Shown here: positions 1 through 14,600 of the stretch, piece after piece | Layout of the letters: the number at the start of each line of letters is the position of its first letter | How positions within the stretch are numbered: position 1 is the stretch's first letter | From: Perna viridis | Taxonomy: Eukaryota | Direction of reading: 5' to 3' | NCBI GenBank assembly: GCA_037379345.1 | Contig: CM074522.1 | Span: forward strand, 14,942,001 to 15,006,000 | Length of the DNA: 64,000 nucleotides | Notes under the pieces: generated by a model | What the model was told of the DNA's origin: nothing | Seen by the model: the letters and a program-made list of their open reading frames with translations, nothing else | The model's database searches: none | Position numbers and translations under genes: made by a program

Positions 1-979
1 TGGCTAGTCAACATATTTGGGGGTATATATTTTCATAGTTTCAATAATGAGAAGCTGTATATAGTTTTGTTTTTTTTTTTTTAAATTCACAGATACAATT
101 TTTCCTGGTTTTCTGTGCACTGCTAGATTTTGGTATTTTTATACAGTAGAACTTAGATACCTTAGTTGGTGGACTTCGATCAAGTTTATCAGTTGTTGAA
201 AATGTATTATGGTGGTAAACATCATAAATTTCTCACAAAACTGACAAATCTTTATCACTCTGATTAAACAGATTAGAGATTAAAACCAATCTCCACCTAT
301 TATGATACAACTGCTTTTCATTACTGTCAATGTCCTTATAAAGAGGACAGCCACCAGCTGAACAATGAAAGTAAAATTTAAAAAAAGTATAAATTCCATT
401 AATAAAGGTTTCATTGTGATAGATGTTATTTAATTGGAATTAAGAAAGTAGGGCTCATTAAAAGCAATAGATATGAACTTATTTGTGATTGTGAATATTT
501 TTCTTGTACATTGAAACCTGTCTAAACCAAACTCCTTTTAGATAGGTGTTTGGATTATACAGGTTCAAAATAAAATGAAACATATGAAGGGACTTCAGGA
601 GATGTTTGTTTTACACAGGTTTCCAGTTTTAAAGAGGTTTTTAAACAGGACCCAATGTATATGTATCAAAAGTATGTGTTAATCTTAGTATGTTTACAAA
701 ATGGTTTTTATTTTGACCTCCTTATCAATTTTTTAATGCTTTTTACTGCAACAACTCAAAGCATGGACATCACATTTGGTCACTTATTATATTACTAAAT
801 ATGTCATATTGTGGCATTTTTTGTTGAAAATTGTGACTTCTTAGTTTAAAATGCAAATATTCCATTGATCTGAAAAAAAATTCTTCTGACAATTTTTTTT
901 ATTTTTATTTTTTTATTAAGTTAATCACTTTCTTGGTAACATATTGCCTTGCCTTATGTACTATAATGTGAAAAAAAGA

Positions 980-1648
980 AACATTGGAATACTAATCCTA
1001 CCAGAGGTATTGAAAAGTGACACTGACAACATTGGAATACACTGACATTAGAATACTCAGCCTACCATCAATGGACAGTGACATTAGAATACAAATCCTA
1101 CCATCAAAACATGCTAGTGAACAGTGACGCTGGAATACAAACCCTATCATCAATGCATGTTATTGGACGATGACATTGGTGACATTGGAATAAAAACCCT
1201 ACCATCAAAGCATGATATTTGGCAGTGACACTGGAATACAAACCCTTCCATCAAAGCATGGTATTGGACAGTGACATTGGAATTTTAACTCTACCATCAA
1301 TGCATGGTATTGGACAGTGATATTTAAATACAAACCCTACCATCAAAGCATGGTATTGGCAGTGACATTGGAATACTAACCCTACCATCAATGCATGGTA
1401 TTGGAGAGTGACATTGGAATACTCACCTTACCATCAATGCATGGTATTGGACAGTGACATTGCAATACTCACCTTACCATCAATGCATGATATTGGACAG
1501 TGAACATTGGAATATTAACCCTACCATCCATGCATGGTATTGGACAGTGACATTGGAATACTAACCCTGCCATCAATGCATGGTATTGGATAGTGACATT
1601 GGAATACTAACCCTACCATCCATGCATTGTATATTGAACAGTGACATT
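980..1648. repeat. 46-bp minisatellite, about 14 degenerate copies
   Basis: Unit gtgacattggaatactaaccctaccatcaatgcatggtattggaca; units start at 1362 and 1408. Confidence 0.92.
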
Positions 1649-2514
1649 ATATATAGACACCATTATGTAAGGCAGAAATGTCAGCCACTGTTGGAAGAAA
1701 TCTAGATAACAATTGATTTATCTTCGGTTACATAGAACTAGACCTTGATTAATGTATATCAAATATTTAGTAAGATCCCGACTATTGTATAACTAACACC
1801 AATTTACAAACTGCTTTCTCTGGAGTCTATGTCACAGCCTTGCATGGATTGGTAGAAAGGTGCTGAGTAAGGAATATTCTGTTTCGTAACTACAGGATGA
1901 AATAAAATGGCAGAGTGAGCTAACTGCTTCTCACAGTGGTGTGGTGTGTGTGTAGGCACATTAATATAGAGAAGTGGAGTTCATAATTAATTTATAAAGA
2001 ATCACCCAGTATAAACTCTATAGAATATTTATATTTACTGGCAACTTTATTGTTTTTCTATTGTTCTTTTTGTCTGATGTTTTCTTTCTGAGTTACTATA
2101 GGGATACCAAAAAATATCAGCAATTTTCAATGACATTACATCGAATTGACCATGGCATGCAAATAAACAGAATAATGTTAGTTTTGAATTCTTGAGTTTT
2201 CTGTATTAAGAATTCTTGCGAAACTTGATATGGTAACAACCAATTTAACATGAGATATTTGATTATTTGAGGTCCATAGATTTCTGGCATGGGATTCACC
2301 AGGAAGAGTTCAGTTCTAACCTTGTTAAGGGTCCATTGAATGGTTGATATGTCTGAAGCATGGTTTTTTTATGATATTATAAAAATCAAAATCGTGTGTT
2401 ATTAGTTTAAATTGCAAATGTTCCATTGATTTGAGTAAATAATCTAAGAAATTACACTAATGTTTTTTATGTACATAATACTTAAATTTGATGAATATTG
2501 TTTTTATTTTGCAG

Positions 2515-2606
2515 AGAAAGAGTCTGATGGCTCTGCTTGGAAGAGTTCAAGCAAACAGTCTGGAGGCAGCAAGGCTGGGTCAATATCAAAAGGCTCCAAA
2601 TCATCG
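2515..2606 (+). CDS. PLEKHG5: PLEKHG5-like exon (first in window)
   Basis: ttttgcag acceptor, gtgagt donor; KESDGSAWKSSSKQSGGSKAGSISKGSKSS; ends phase 0. Confidence 0.7.
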
Positions 2607-5600
2607 GTGAGTTGCAACACCCCAGTATGACTGCATGATAAATAGCTTTGTTTGGGGTTTTTAGTCAGATTTTTCCATAATCCATTGCACTGTTTCTGGT
2701 GAAGGTCATTTTGTGGTGTATGGTTCCATATCTGCCTACACAGAATTTAATGACATTGTCATCATTAAAATGATTATTTTACCCATGATTCTTAGTATCT
2801 CTCTTTACATGAAGGTATTATAGTTATCTCTTTAGTATTGGAAACCTGTAGGCTATTTCCATATTATTCTTGGTGAAGATTCACACATTTTTTTAAACAA
2901 GTTCAAATGTTCTTTGAATCATGATATTGTAGATTCATACTTGTCAAAACATGAAGTCCTTTAGTGAAAAATAGTGAATTCCAAAGTTTTTGTGGTTGCT
3001 CAGCTTTATATTTCATTGCTAGCTAGCTGTGTTACAAATATTTTTTTTTAAGATTTACCCAGCAAATAAGTTCAGAATTAGTTCAAATTGCTTTTAAATT
3101 GACAAAATCTTTTTACATTGCTCAATTGAAAATTTTTTAATTTTGACTTGTCCTTTAAGGGCAAGTAACTTAGAGATCCAGTTGACCTCGTTATTTTCTA
3201 CTTTTGAGACAGAATGTGTGCTCCGTAGGTTTAGTTGATTGCATAGGAAACCACTGAGCCACGACAGGACCACTTCAGATCAGCCTCTAAGCTGTATACA
3301 TGTACTAAAAGCTAATATACCATAAACAAATACTGTGGATATGGAATTGTGGTTAATTAGTTGGTAAAATCAGCATCATGATGCTAGCGATGGAGTTGAA
3401 AGAATAGACAGATAAAATGAAATTTGTTCTTTTACATTAAATGTTCTGTATGCCCTTGGTTTATATGTGAATTATTACTTTTAAATCTCCTATCAGTGAA
3501 ATCTGTGTTCCCTGTATGTCAGTGTAGCTGTGCAAATATGGTCTGTAAGCTGATTTCAGACTTTTCTTTTTCTGAATGCCTATTGAACTTTGGTAGTGTG
3601 GGATTTGGTTGAAAGGTGATATAAATAATTTTATATCCCATTAACCTTTATTAAAATCTCATTATAACACATCTTACAATGGTTCTTTAGTAAATGTTTT
3701 TAATCCTAACTGACTGTTGTACAATAATCAAAGTTACATCATTGTTAAAAATAGGGATTATGCTGGGTTTATAGGATTTTAATTTTTCTATCAGTACACC
3801 ATAAGTCACGAACTTCTGTTCAATGTGGAGATTGATGGCACATTTGGAAGACCTTGGGATTTTTGCCAAAATGATGTATTCACCATTCTATATTCCCATT
3901 GTGTTTCAGTATAAGGCTGGTACTATTACATCTAGTCACAGCTAGAATAAAGTCAATCATGAAATTGAAATGGTAGATTTTAAATTATAAAAAAAATTTT
4001 GCATTGCAGAAAAAGCTTTTGTTATCAAGTTAAAAATAACTGCAACAGAAAACAGTGTCATTTTGAATAAGTTTGCAGCTAAATTTAATTTCCACTCTCA
4101 AAATATATCCACAAAAAAAAACTAACAGCTATGTGTACGTACATAGATGTAAGAAAAATTGACATATTTCCTCTTCCTTAGTTACATGTACATAATGCAG
4201 GGACCTATTCAATTACTAATAACCTTTTATTGATAAATTTCTGTATAAATTGTAACAATCTTTCTCAATCCGATTTTATTGTCTTGAAAAGTATAAGTTG
4301 AGATAAGTTTTTAAAAGAAGAACTAATGCATAACACTTTCTATGTTGAAAGTTAATTTTAAAATTACAAAACTAGTGGATTCAAAACCTGTTTAAACTCA
4401 AACCAGCTCATACTGAAACTCAAACCAGCTCATATTGAAACTCCAACCAAATCATAATGAAACTCAAACCAGCTCATATTGTTTCTAACCAAGGAGAAAA
4501 TACCAAAATGATAGAAATTATTGCATTACATTTTTATGTCAATTTTGTTGTTATGAACAAAATAAAAATTTAATATTGCTATATTAATTATATTATTTAT
4601 GAAGAATGTTCAAATTTATGAACTGCAACTTGATATTATGGTGAATGCAAACTAATTTCTTATCTCAGTAAAAAAAAAAAAAAAATTCAAAAGATCTCAA
4701 ATTTACAGTTGCCCTGGTTATGTTTAAGCACTAAGTGATAAAACAGGGGGCTTGCCAGTCAGATTGCAGATATTGAATTTCCCAGCTAGGTTTATTAGAT
4801 GTAAACTTATATGGCTCTTGCATGCACTATTTAATTAAAAGTGGAACATCCTGGATAAAAACAGATATATATTGTAGTGCTCAGGTGTCAAGACAGTCTA
4901 GGTTTTGTGTGATCCAATGAAACATTACACTCCATCAATCCGTTAATCACATGATGTTGTTAGGAATAACATGTATATAAATTGATGACTGCATGCCGGA
5001 GAAGAACGTGAATGCTTGGATAAAACATTGACCCAGTATTATTAATGGTTTCTTTATCCCACAAAGGATAGGCGAGGAGCTAAGAATTAAGTTTCAGACC
5101 CATTAATAAATGTGTAATGGATAGTGCAGTGACATTGCTGTACCAAATTTTAAGTTAAAATCAACCAATATAGTTCATTTACCGAGTACAATATGAAATC
5201 TGTAAAAATTTAGCCTCCTCGTGAAATAAGATTTGTTCTGTTTCGATAAGTGTGATTAACACAAGATTAAATTGCATAGAATTCTGTATTTTAATAGGAC
5301 TTTAAATCATTATACACTATGAAGAAGACATCTTAGTCTTTTCTAATGTTGATATAAGCCAAATTTCTTATTTTCTCAGGATCCTGATAAGTCAGGATTC
5401 TGGATTCTCAGAGTTCAGATTAGGCAGGATTCTGGTTTCAGTTAAGGCTGGTATTTGGTTGTCTCAAGTATAGAATTGGCAATGTTCAGATTGTTTCAGT
5501 GGATAGATTAATTGGCAGGAATTTGGTTGTTTCAGTGGTTAGATTAATTGGCAGGATTTTGGTTGTTTCAGTGGTTAGATTAATTGGCAGGATTTTGGTT

Positions 5601-8600
5601 GTTTCAGTGGTTAGATTAATTGATAGGGTTCTGGTTGTTTCAGTGGTTAGATTAATTGGCAGGTTTCTGGTTGGTTCAGTTGTTACATTGATTGGCAGAT
5701 TTCAGATTGTTTCAGTGGTTATATTGATAGGCAGGGTTTTGGTTGTTTCAATGTCTAGATTAATTGGCAGGGTTCTAGTTGTTTCAGGCTTTCCTGGTTT
5801 ATTTAGAAATATGTTAATGCAGTCTGACTATTTCAGTGTTTATCCGGTAATTTACAGTTTGATGGAAAAGGTTACAAGGTTCTATGTCTTCACTTTTCCT
5901 TCTACTTTTTGTGATTCTGATAAAGTGATTTTAAGCGAGTGTGTTGCTGTATGGTTTTTTTTTTTTTTCACATCTATACAGTGTAAATGATAGTTTCATC
6001 AGTGCAGACTTGTTTGGCTTCTTTATAGAGTTTATTACTGCATGGTGTGACATATATAGCTTAACATCAATTAAAAATATACATGTACTTGTTTAAAGCA
6101 CCCTTGATATGAGCATGTCACAGTACATAACTAGTAAACCCTGTTACATAATTCATGGATTATTAAAATAAGCCTAATTTTCCCCTAAAGTTACATGTCT
6201 TTATCTGCTCATTATTCTCTACAATAATAGAAATATCCTGAATTTAAAAATTTCTCAAAATTTTGAACTAAGATTACCAAGACTTTAAGATTCTGTAGGA
6301 GTGCTGGTAATATATTTAATAGTAAGATATTTATAATGATCCTATTCAGGAAGGGTTTATTATTTGATAGAATCCTTGACTATGGTGGATGGAGTTATCC
6401 CCCTTGTGTGTTGTCCTGACTTAATTATACAGATTATACTAACATATCTTTCTTCAGATTAACAACTCTTGTGTAAATCGACCCATTCCAAACTGTATTT
6501 GATAAAGTAATTTTGTTAATACAGTGATTAACTGTATTGTTTCATAATCATTGTACAAAGCATTACACAATAAAATGGAATTTAAAAAAAAAAGAAAAAA
6601 AAAAACATAAGAAGTATTTAACAGTTTGGAGTGGTCTTCCTTTATGTGTGTATACAACTTGCCTTTGAAACATCATCTCTTAACATGTCATGTGATTTTT
6701 TGTTACCATTGTTACCAGATGGCCAGGAGGGAGTCCTTTTTCGGACGATCTGGTTCCGGAATGCTAGAACCACCGGTGTCATCCAAGCAAAGAAGAAACT
6801 CCTTGTCTTTTCCTTTTTTTAACCCTGCTCCAAAAGTAGTTAATGAAGAGATTGCCAAAGCTCAGGATGATGTCAACTCTGTAAGTCAGGCAATTTTTTG
6901 GGCAAAAACATACATTTGCCTGGCATCCATAATTGCCTTGTACTTTTTTAATTTTCTGTCTATTTAATGATGCTCGATACCTTAGTTCTCAATCTAGATA
7001 TATTCATAAGCCAAGGAAGTATGTTTATTAGCAAACTCTTCTTCCCAACCTCTACAAGGGAGACAACTTTTAGAAAAGTCAGCAAAAATTACAGGTTTCC
7101 AAATGTACCTAATAATATAGTATAATTTTCTTAATATTGAATGGGTTCAAAATTTCTAAACATATAAACTTGTGTTTTATTAGTTTAAATTGCAACTATG
7201 TAGACTTTTTGGGGTCCTATTTATTCTTAAATATGTGATTCAGTTGAGAACAAAGCTCAACCATAGATGGGCTATTGGGTAGCAAGTTAGAATAAGTATT
7301 GGACTAAATCTCCACATCCTTAGGAGCATTAGTTTTTTGAAAATCTTGAGGAGGGATGTGTTTAGATTGAGAACTATCCTGTAATCACATGTATCTCACA
7401 GCATTTTCAGCATCAACACAAATTACTTCCTGCTTCAGGAGTTGTAGAGATTGGAATTTCATGACTTATTTTTGTTCTCCTTAAGCTTGAATATGACAGT
7501 TGTTTTTTACGAGCCTGTTGTTTAGAATGTAGTTAATAATTGAATGCACCCTTTCCAGTTAGAAATAGTGCACTTTAACCTCCATGACCTTGTTTGTCAA
7601 TATTTTATTTCATTTCACCGTTTTTTATGGTATTGTGTGATTTTTGCACTTTCATTTTGCCATTTTGCCAAGTTATTTTCATGATGTTTTAAATTCTTAA
7701 TTTTTAACTTAATTGTAGTCTATTGAATCACGAAAATAAGTAGATATTTTTCAATTAGAAGTATAATTGAATTCCCAATATTAGATATCAACATATAAAC
7801 TTGTATTGTTAATGCTGGAATTGTATTATGGTGTAATCAGAGAAATCTACCGATGTATAATATACTGTAAACATGTTAAATTTTCACAATGTACTAATTT
7901 TGCCATGGACAGAAAACAGTGAAAATTAGTACTAGGGAAATTGATTTTCGACACTTTGTTACATTAAACATTTTTTGAAACTGCAAAAGTTGATACCTTC
8001 AAATATTTACAATTGGAAGAATCTTCGAAAATTAGCAACCATGTACATTAATATGTTTACAATAACTCTTTGTCTGTTATGTGTATCATCTGTCCAGGTA
8101 TTCATTTTTCATGATTACCAATTTTTGTGGTTTAATTCATCAGTAATTCAGTGTATTTAACAGTGAAGTCAAATATCAAATTTTATGTTTATTTTTGGAG
8201 TTTAAGAGTATTTAGAACCTTGATTGTATGATGTTTGATAAAAAATTAATTAAATGAAATTGACAGATTTGAGAGAATTAATGAATTAATACCTCTATAT
8301 TGGTGAACCACAAAAATTGATAGAATTAAAAGTACTTCATCATTATGGTGTGGATGTGGTGATTCTGGAATTTTAGTTGAGAGGGAGGGCATTTATAGAA
8401 TTAAATGCTGAACAAAGCATTTTTGGCGGTAGAATTCGTGAAAAAACATGATTTTAGGCAAAACAAAAAAGACTAGATGTTTTTGTCATATTTAAATAGA
8501 CTTTGCAAAGGGAGGTAACTCAATATTTTTATATAAGGAAATCTCCTATCGCAGCCTTACCATAGATGAACTCTCCCCTATTATGTCTCCTCATGACAGT

Positions 8601-11600
8601 CACTAGTTGCTAGCCTAGTCTTATCAGGGTATTACTATGCTAGTTTTGAAGACAATTATTTATCAACAATGTGTATGCAGAAAGGGAAATAATATGCTAT
8701 ATAACAAAGGGAAGATAATAAACTAAATATGCAAAGAGAAAAACTTAACCAAATTATATATGTACATCTTCTAATTTCATACATTAACAAATAAATCTTA
8801 ATCATTGTTTTTCATATATTTTAATTTGAATGAACTGAAAATAAATTTAAAAGAGAATCTCAACATTTATCTGAAGGTGGTTATTTCATGTGAATGTTCC
8901 CTTTAGAAGTGTATCATTGAAGTCTTTTTCATGTAGAAACTAGGAACTGTATTCTTTATATTATTTTTTACATCTCTAAATACTTATTCTCTGTTCACAA
9001 ACATAAGATAGGTGAAAATCTTAAAATTTATTGAATTTAAAAAGTCTGTAGTCCTGGCCTGGCCACAGAAAAGTTTGTTTATTCTGAACTATCATGGTAT
9101 CCTCAATCAAAGTTCAGGATTTTAAAATGTCAAAAATGGCTTTAAACATTTTATATTGGGTAATATTTGATAGATTAAGTTACCATAGGGCTTTTGTCTA
9201 CTATGTGAGAATCTGTTGGAAATAAACAATTAAGACAGTAGCAAAACTGTGCAGTTTTAACACCAATTAATCCTAGTTTCTAGTGATTATTTTGTGGTTT
9301 GTTTACATAATGAAAACGACCAGCATGATTTTGGTTGTGGTATTTTTTTATTGTAGAAAATGAGACTTATTGAAAGGATTTAGCAAACACTAGCTACTGG
9401 CACTATTATATAGCAATATACTATTTCCCATAGAAAGCAATACAAGGTCAGCGTGCAATAGATTTCCATATTGCACTAGTGCATATACAGTTAAAATTTG
9501 TGATGTTATATGTGACTGAAATTCATTTTAAACAAGACTAAATTTTATTGCCGTACAATAGAAATTCTGGAAACATTATCACTTGTAGAATATGTGTTGC
9601 AGTCGTAGTCTCTAGCAACGTAAAATTCTACTCAGGATAATGTTTTCTATGGTAATCATTCTGAATTATTAAGTAAAATGGATACTGTATGTAAATTTAA
9701 TGTGAAATATTGTGAAATTTATTTTTAAAGACAATAGTAAAAAATCTAACACTAATTGATTTTTCGCTAAGAAAAATAAACACCCATAACATGTTAAAAA
9801 AAATGTGCATTTTTTATTTTTTTACAAAAATGTACTATAAATACTGTTGTTTCTTTTTGAAGTTAGAAGTACCTATCAATATAGTCTCTTTTATTGTGAA
9901 CATGCTCGCTGTTTGAGCTATACGTGTAGAAGAATGTGTGATTTGATTTTGTGGTAACAACTGGTCATGACTATTGTTCACATTCCATCTGTAACATGTT
10001 TTGCATGATTCAGCAAGTTTTTGTGTATACAGTGAAGAGCATGTCGAACATTACATGTACACGGTGTGAGTGAGGAAGGTTGTTTTATGATCCGTTTGTT
10101 CAATATTGTGCCCCTACTGTTTAATTTCTCTATTGTTTTTTTCTCCTGTATTTGTTTGTTTTAAAACATAGACTAAAAGAGATATTTTCTGTTTCAGGGT
10201 TTTATATTTTTTTTGCAGCACTAATTTTCTAACCATCTATATTTTACCTATTTTCTTTTTAACAAGCAACATTTAATTTATTCCAATCTTCATGCATTAT
10301 ACCTACATTATCCTATGTAGCCATTAAAAACTTGTTCTAAAACTTTGATGACCAAAGGGAGATAATTCTAGTTTGTATATTAAAAGACAATTTCAAGCTT
10401 TGTATTTTCTTCTTTTCACTTAAATCTTTCATTACATCTTTTTGCTAACAGTTACTGAGCCATTTCAGATTTGTAATGGTATTGGAACTTTTTTTTATTT
10501 TTATTTAGGTTGGAAGTGTACGAAGTCGGAGAGGAATGAACCTTTCTATAGATGATACTTTTCCTATGCCCCAAACACTGTCTCAGTCTGTCAGTCCACA
10601 GGGCACACTCAGCGGAACATACAACGAAGGAAGAAAGATAAAAGAACGAAGCAAACTGACAAACCTGTTTAGTCCCAGTACCTCAAAGGTAACATGACAT
10701 TTGAGAGTATATGATTTAGAGCATGCTGGTTATTAGAGGATACAGGTAAATGATGCTACACACACAGTATGTCCTTACACTTTTGGAATAACATACCGTC
10801 CCCCTATACAAGTCCCCCCCCCCTCTATTAAATCTAGGCGTTCTTTGGCACTCATGATAATATTTTGGTTATTTACTCTTTCCAGTTAATTATCCTATTA
10901 TTATTACTATGAAGTATTCATTTATTTGGCTGTTAAATTTCATAGATGTTGATCGAATGAATAATGTTATAGTAAATAATCTTTCAGGGGTTTGGAAAAG
11001 GTAGATGATCAGTTATAACGGATACTTTTTCCTTAATAGATTTGTCTACTCTTTAAAATATTCAAAATTAGTACTTTATGAAAAATGCTACCATTCATAC
11101 TCAGTAAGAAATTTTATTGAATAAGCAAATTTTAAATATGTTCTTGCTTTTGGACTTTTTGTAACCTGGTATGAATTTACTGTTGGCAGTCAAACATTAA
11201 TACAAACCATAATGGATCATTCTGGGAATGTTTTACATTGAACCTTAGGTACATGAAATACGACCCTACCATTCAGCCATTTGGTGTGGTCATGGATGTA
11301 GGAACTCTTTATATTAATTTTTAGATTTAGTTTCCTGTTATTTGAAATGTTCTTCATTTTTAAAACACTTAATAAAATCAGTGTCAAAACTACTCTAGGA
11401 TTTACTCTATTTCTTTGTGCACCTTTATCTTTAAGATATCATTGTTAAATTTTCATTTATCGAGAGTCAACAATAATCAAGTCAGCGAACTTGAAACTGA
11501 CTTCCTGTACTTAAGTGGTATCCCAGGGCCTTTCCCTAACGTCCCAGCAACACCACAAATACAGGTCAAATCTGCCCATTGTTCTTGTATACCTGTATTC

Positions 11601-14600
11601 TCTGTGTTGTCAAATCTGATTTTTTTAGCACCTTTTTACATTGTTCTTGTATGTTTCCTGTGCTGTGGAGAGAAAAGTGGTTATTTTACACCTCTTCACA
11701 TGGGATTTTTATGAGGAAACTACACCACAAATTAAATAGCGTACAACTCTGTGCATAATGTAGAGAATTTAGTTTCATGAAGATTTGGTGCAGTTCATGA
11801 TAAAATACAGAACACTTGTTGTAGTGGTATTTTATAAGAATTATATAGTTATTCTGACATCCTCTTATTTAAGACTGAGCATTATGAATTGCAGTAGAAT
11901 ATTCACACTTGTTTGATGAGGATAACATCTAAGTTATACAAGTATTCTGATACAGAATAACCTGTGTATTGGTACAGTACACCTAAATACTTGATTGGAT
12001 TATTCACTATGAAGTTGCAATTAAAGGTAAATTAAAGATTTAATGGAAAGGTTGGGGGGTCAATGTGTTTATATAATAAAGATTCAATTTTAATTAATCT
12101 TTTTAATTTTTTTGGATTTGAGGAGCTTATAATTAATTTGAGTTTAATCCAAATTGGTTAATAAGTTTACATTAGGCTTACTTAGATTAAAATTAAAGAT
12201 ACATAAGTTCAGTATGGAAGTATGGAAATGTTTCATTATTTTTAGAAACTGATTGATAGATTCAATTCTTATTATATGTTTAGAAATTTTGAACCCATTC
12301 AATATTAAGGGAATTATACTATATTATTAGGTACATTTGGAAACCTGTAATTTTTGCTGACTTTTCTAAAAGTTGTCTCCCTTGTAGAGGTTGGGAATAA
12401 GAGTTTGCTTTTAAAACCTGAAATTTTAATTTGAGACAGTCACTATCATTGGTAGTTTTACTGTAAAAAAAATTCCAATGGAAATTACTGCTTTATTTCT
12501 TTCTAATATTGTAACAGGGTCATAACAACAATGTGAAATTTTTTATTGAAATAATTATTTTTGAAACAAATATTAAGATTTATCAATCATGGTAAATTTA
12601 AGTCATTTATTTGTAATTTTGATGATGAAGGGCACACATATTAACCTTTGGTTAAAGATCCATACTGGGATCCATAATGGCACTCCACCTTCTATTGTCA
12701 ATCTGCATTAATTGAACAATCACACAGAATTTCATGCCAATCAGTTCAATCTTTATATCTTAATGGGAAAATAGATATATTGACACTTTTAATCAAATCA
12801 GGTAATGATAGAAATATTGTGACAAATGTCAGAAAGTTAATGGGACTTAAAAACTGACCTGTTTATAAAGACTGGATACCCTTGGGCAAAATAAAAAGTG
12901 TTTCAAACCATATCTTTAGTTCTGTATATCTGTCCACATTGATAAATTAATAAAAGGTTGTCTTAGAGCCAAAACATAGCCAACAAGGACTTATAACAGA
13001 ATCTTGATTAATTAACTTTCGTGAGAAATATATTTGGCACACATTCGATGTTGGGCTATTATTAGTAAGATTTTTCAGCAATCTCTGGCAGCATATATTG
13101 CCATATAAGTACTATATGCGTTCAGTCCAATCATTAAAGTTTATATCTATTCATTTTTGTCTATAAGTGAATTATTGGATACTGGTGTTTCCTGGGAAGT
13201 CAGCATATATTCAGACTGATGTTAAATATATTGCATAATTCAGTAACTCATTGATTTCAATTATTGATGCAAATTGAAAATTATATATATTTTTGAAGAT
13301 TTTGTGGTCTTCGTATTTACTGTACAAGCTATATAAATTTCTCCAATGTTGGGAGGACATGTATGTATGGAATAGCTCCAAGATGCACTGATTCTGTACT
13401 CAAATCATGTTTCATTATTTCAATAAACAGACCATTTGGCATATGATCGCTGGACTGTTTCCATGAATGGACCTATATACTGTGTTTTATAGACAATAAA
13501 TTGTTGATACTAAAACATGAATAAAACTGATGTCAAGGAGGTTTGATTTGTAGCAGCTGGAATTATAAACCGACTAATGTTAGTTACAGTAGTAGTTCTC
13601 TGATTTTGGATAATAACAGAATGACTTTCAGGCTTAGGGTAAGGATCTGTTTCTTGTGAAGTTTTAATTTTTATATCTGTTATTATCCACGATTGTATTG
13701 AAAGAAGGTTGAAATAGAAAATAAAGAACCAAATAATTTGTAAATCATTATAGTAAGGATGGGTTTCCTTATAACCTCTCTCGCATGTCAAGGAATTCTT
13801 GTCCCTTTTCTCTAAGTATAGAGAGATGATATCTTCTACTTTAAAATGGAATTCCACATTTTAAAACTCAGATTGTACTATTATGTTCCTGTTTTTATCA
13901 TATGTGTCATTTTTTGCTTTTTTTTTTTTGGCTCTAAGAACACTTGGAATGCAGGGGTATCTGTTAACTCTTCATTAACTTTCTGTAGTGCGTGTGAATG
14001 GTCTATTTGATGGACCTATCTTATTTTATCACAAAACTATTAGGGTCATTGTCTTTAGAATGGGTAAGGAACTTCTTGTTTCCAGAGGCCCCATGTCCCT
14101 CCCACATTGACCAATGCAATGATACTACATAAAACCCCCTTTTCCCTTCTATATGCCCCTATGAAACAGTTTAACAGAAACAGTTAAATGGTGTTGTAAT
14201 ACCTGCATTGTTACTATATAGATTTCTTGTAATACCTGCATTGTTACTATATAGATTTCTAATTAATATTTTCAATAGCCTTCAACCAAATCTTTTTTCT
14301 TATTAATGTGTAAAATATGGTTAATTCAGTTGAATATAATCCACATAAATAAGGCTTTTGATTCTGAATTCCGGCAAATAGCAGTATCATTAACATATCT
14401 ATTGTAGTTAGATATTATAAATGCAAGCTATTTGAAGAAGGAAAACATTATTGAAATTTTAAACAGTTTAATGTTATGTTTCATATACCGTTTTATATGG
14501 TACACCTTGTCAGTCAAAATCACAGAGTGTGAAGAAATGTACAACTCTAAATCCAGGTATGATTATAAGGTATGGTTAACTCCAGAATTACACCGGGACG

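Noticed and set aside
980-1648. Partly palindromic regular repeats resembling a CRISPR array
   Set aside because: Head-to-tail units without unique spacers, in a eukaryotic intron, with no cas genes.
5499-5990. 163-aa repetitive ORF (LIGRILVVSVVR)n
   Set aside because: Product of a 36-bp intronic minisatellite; no splice or homology support.
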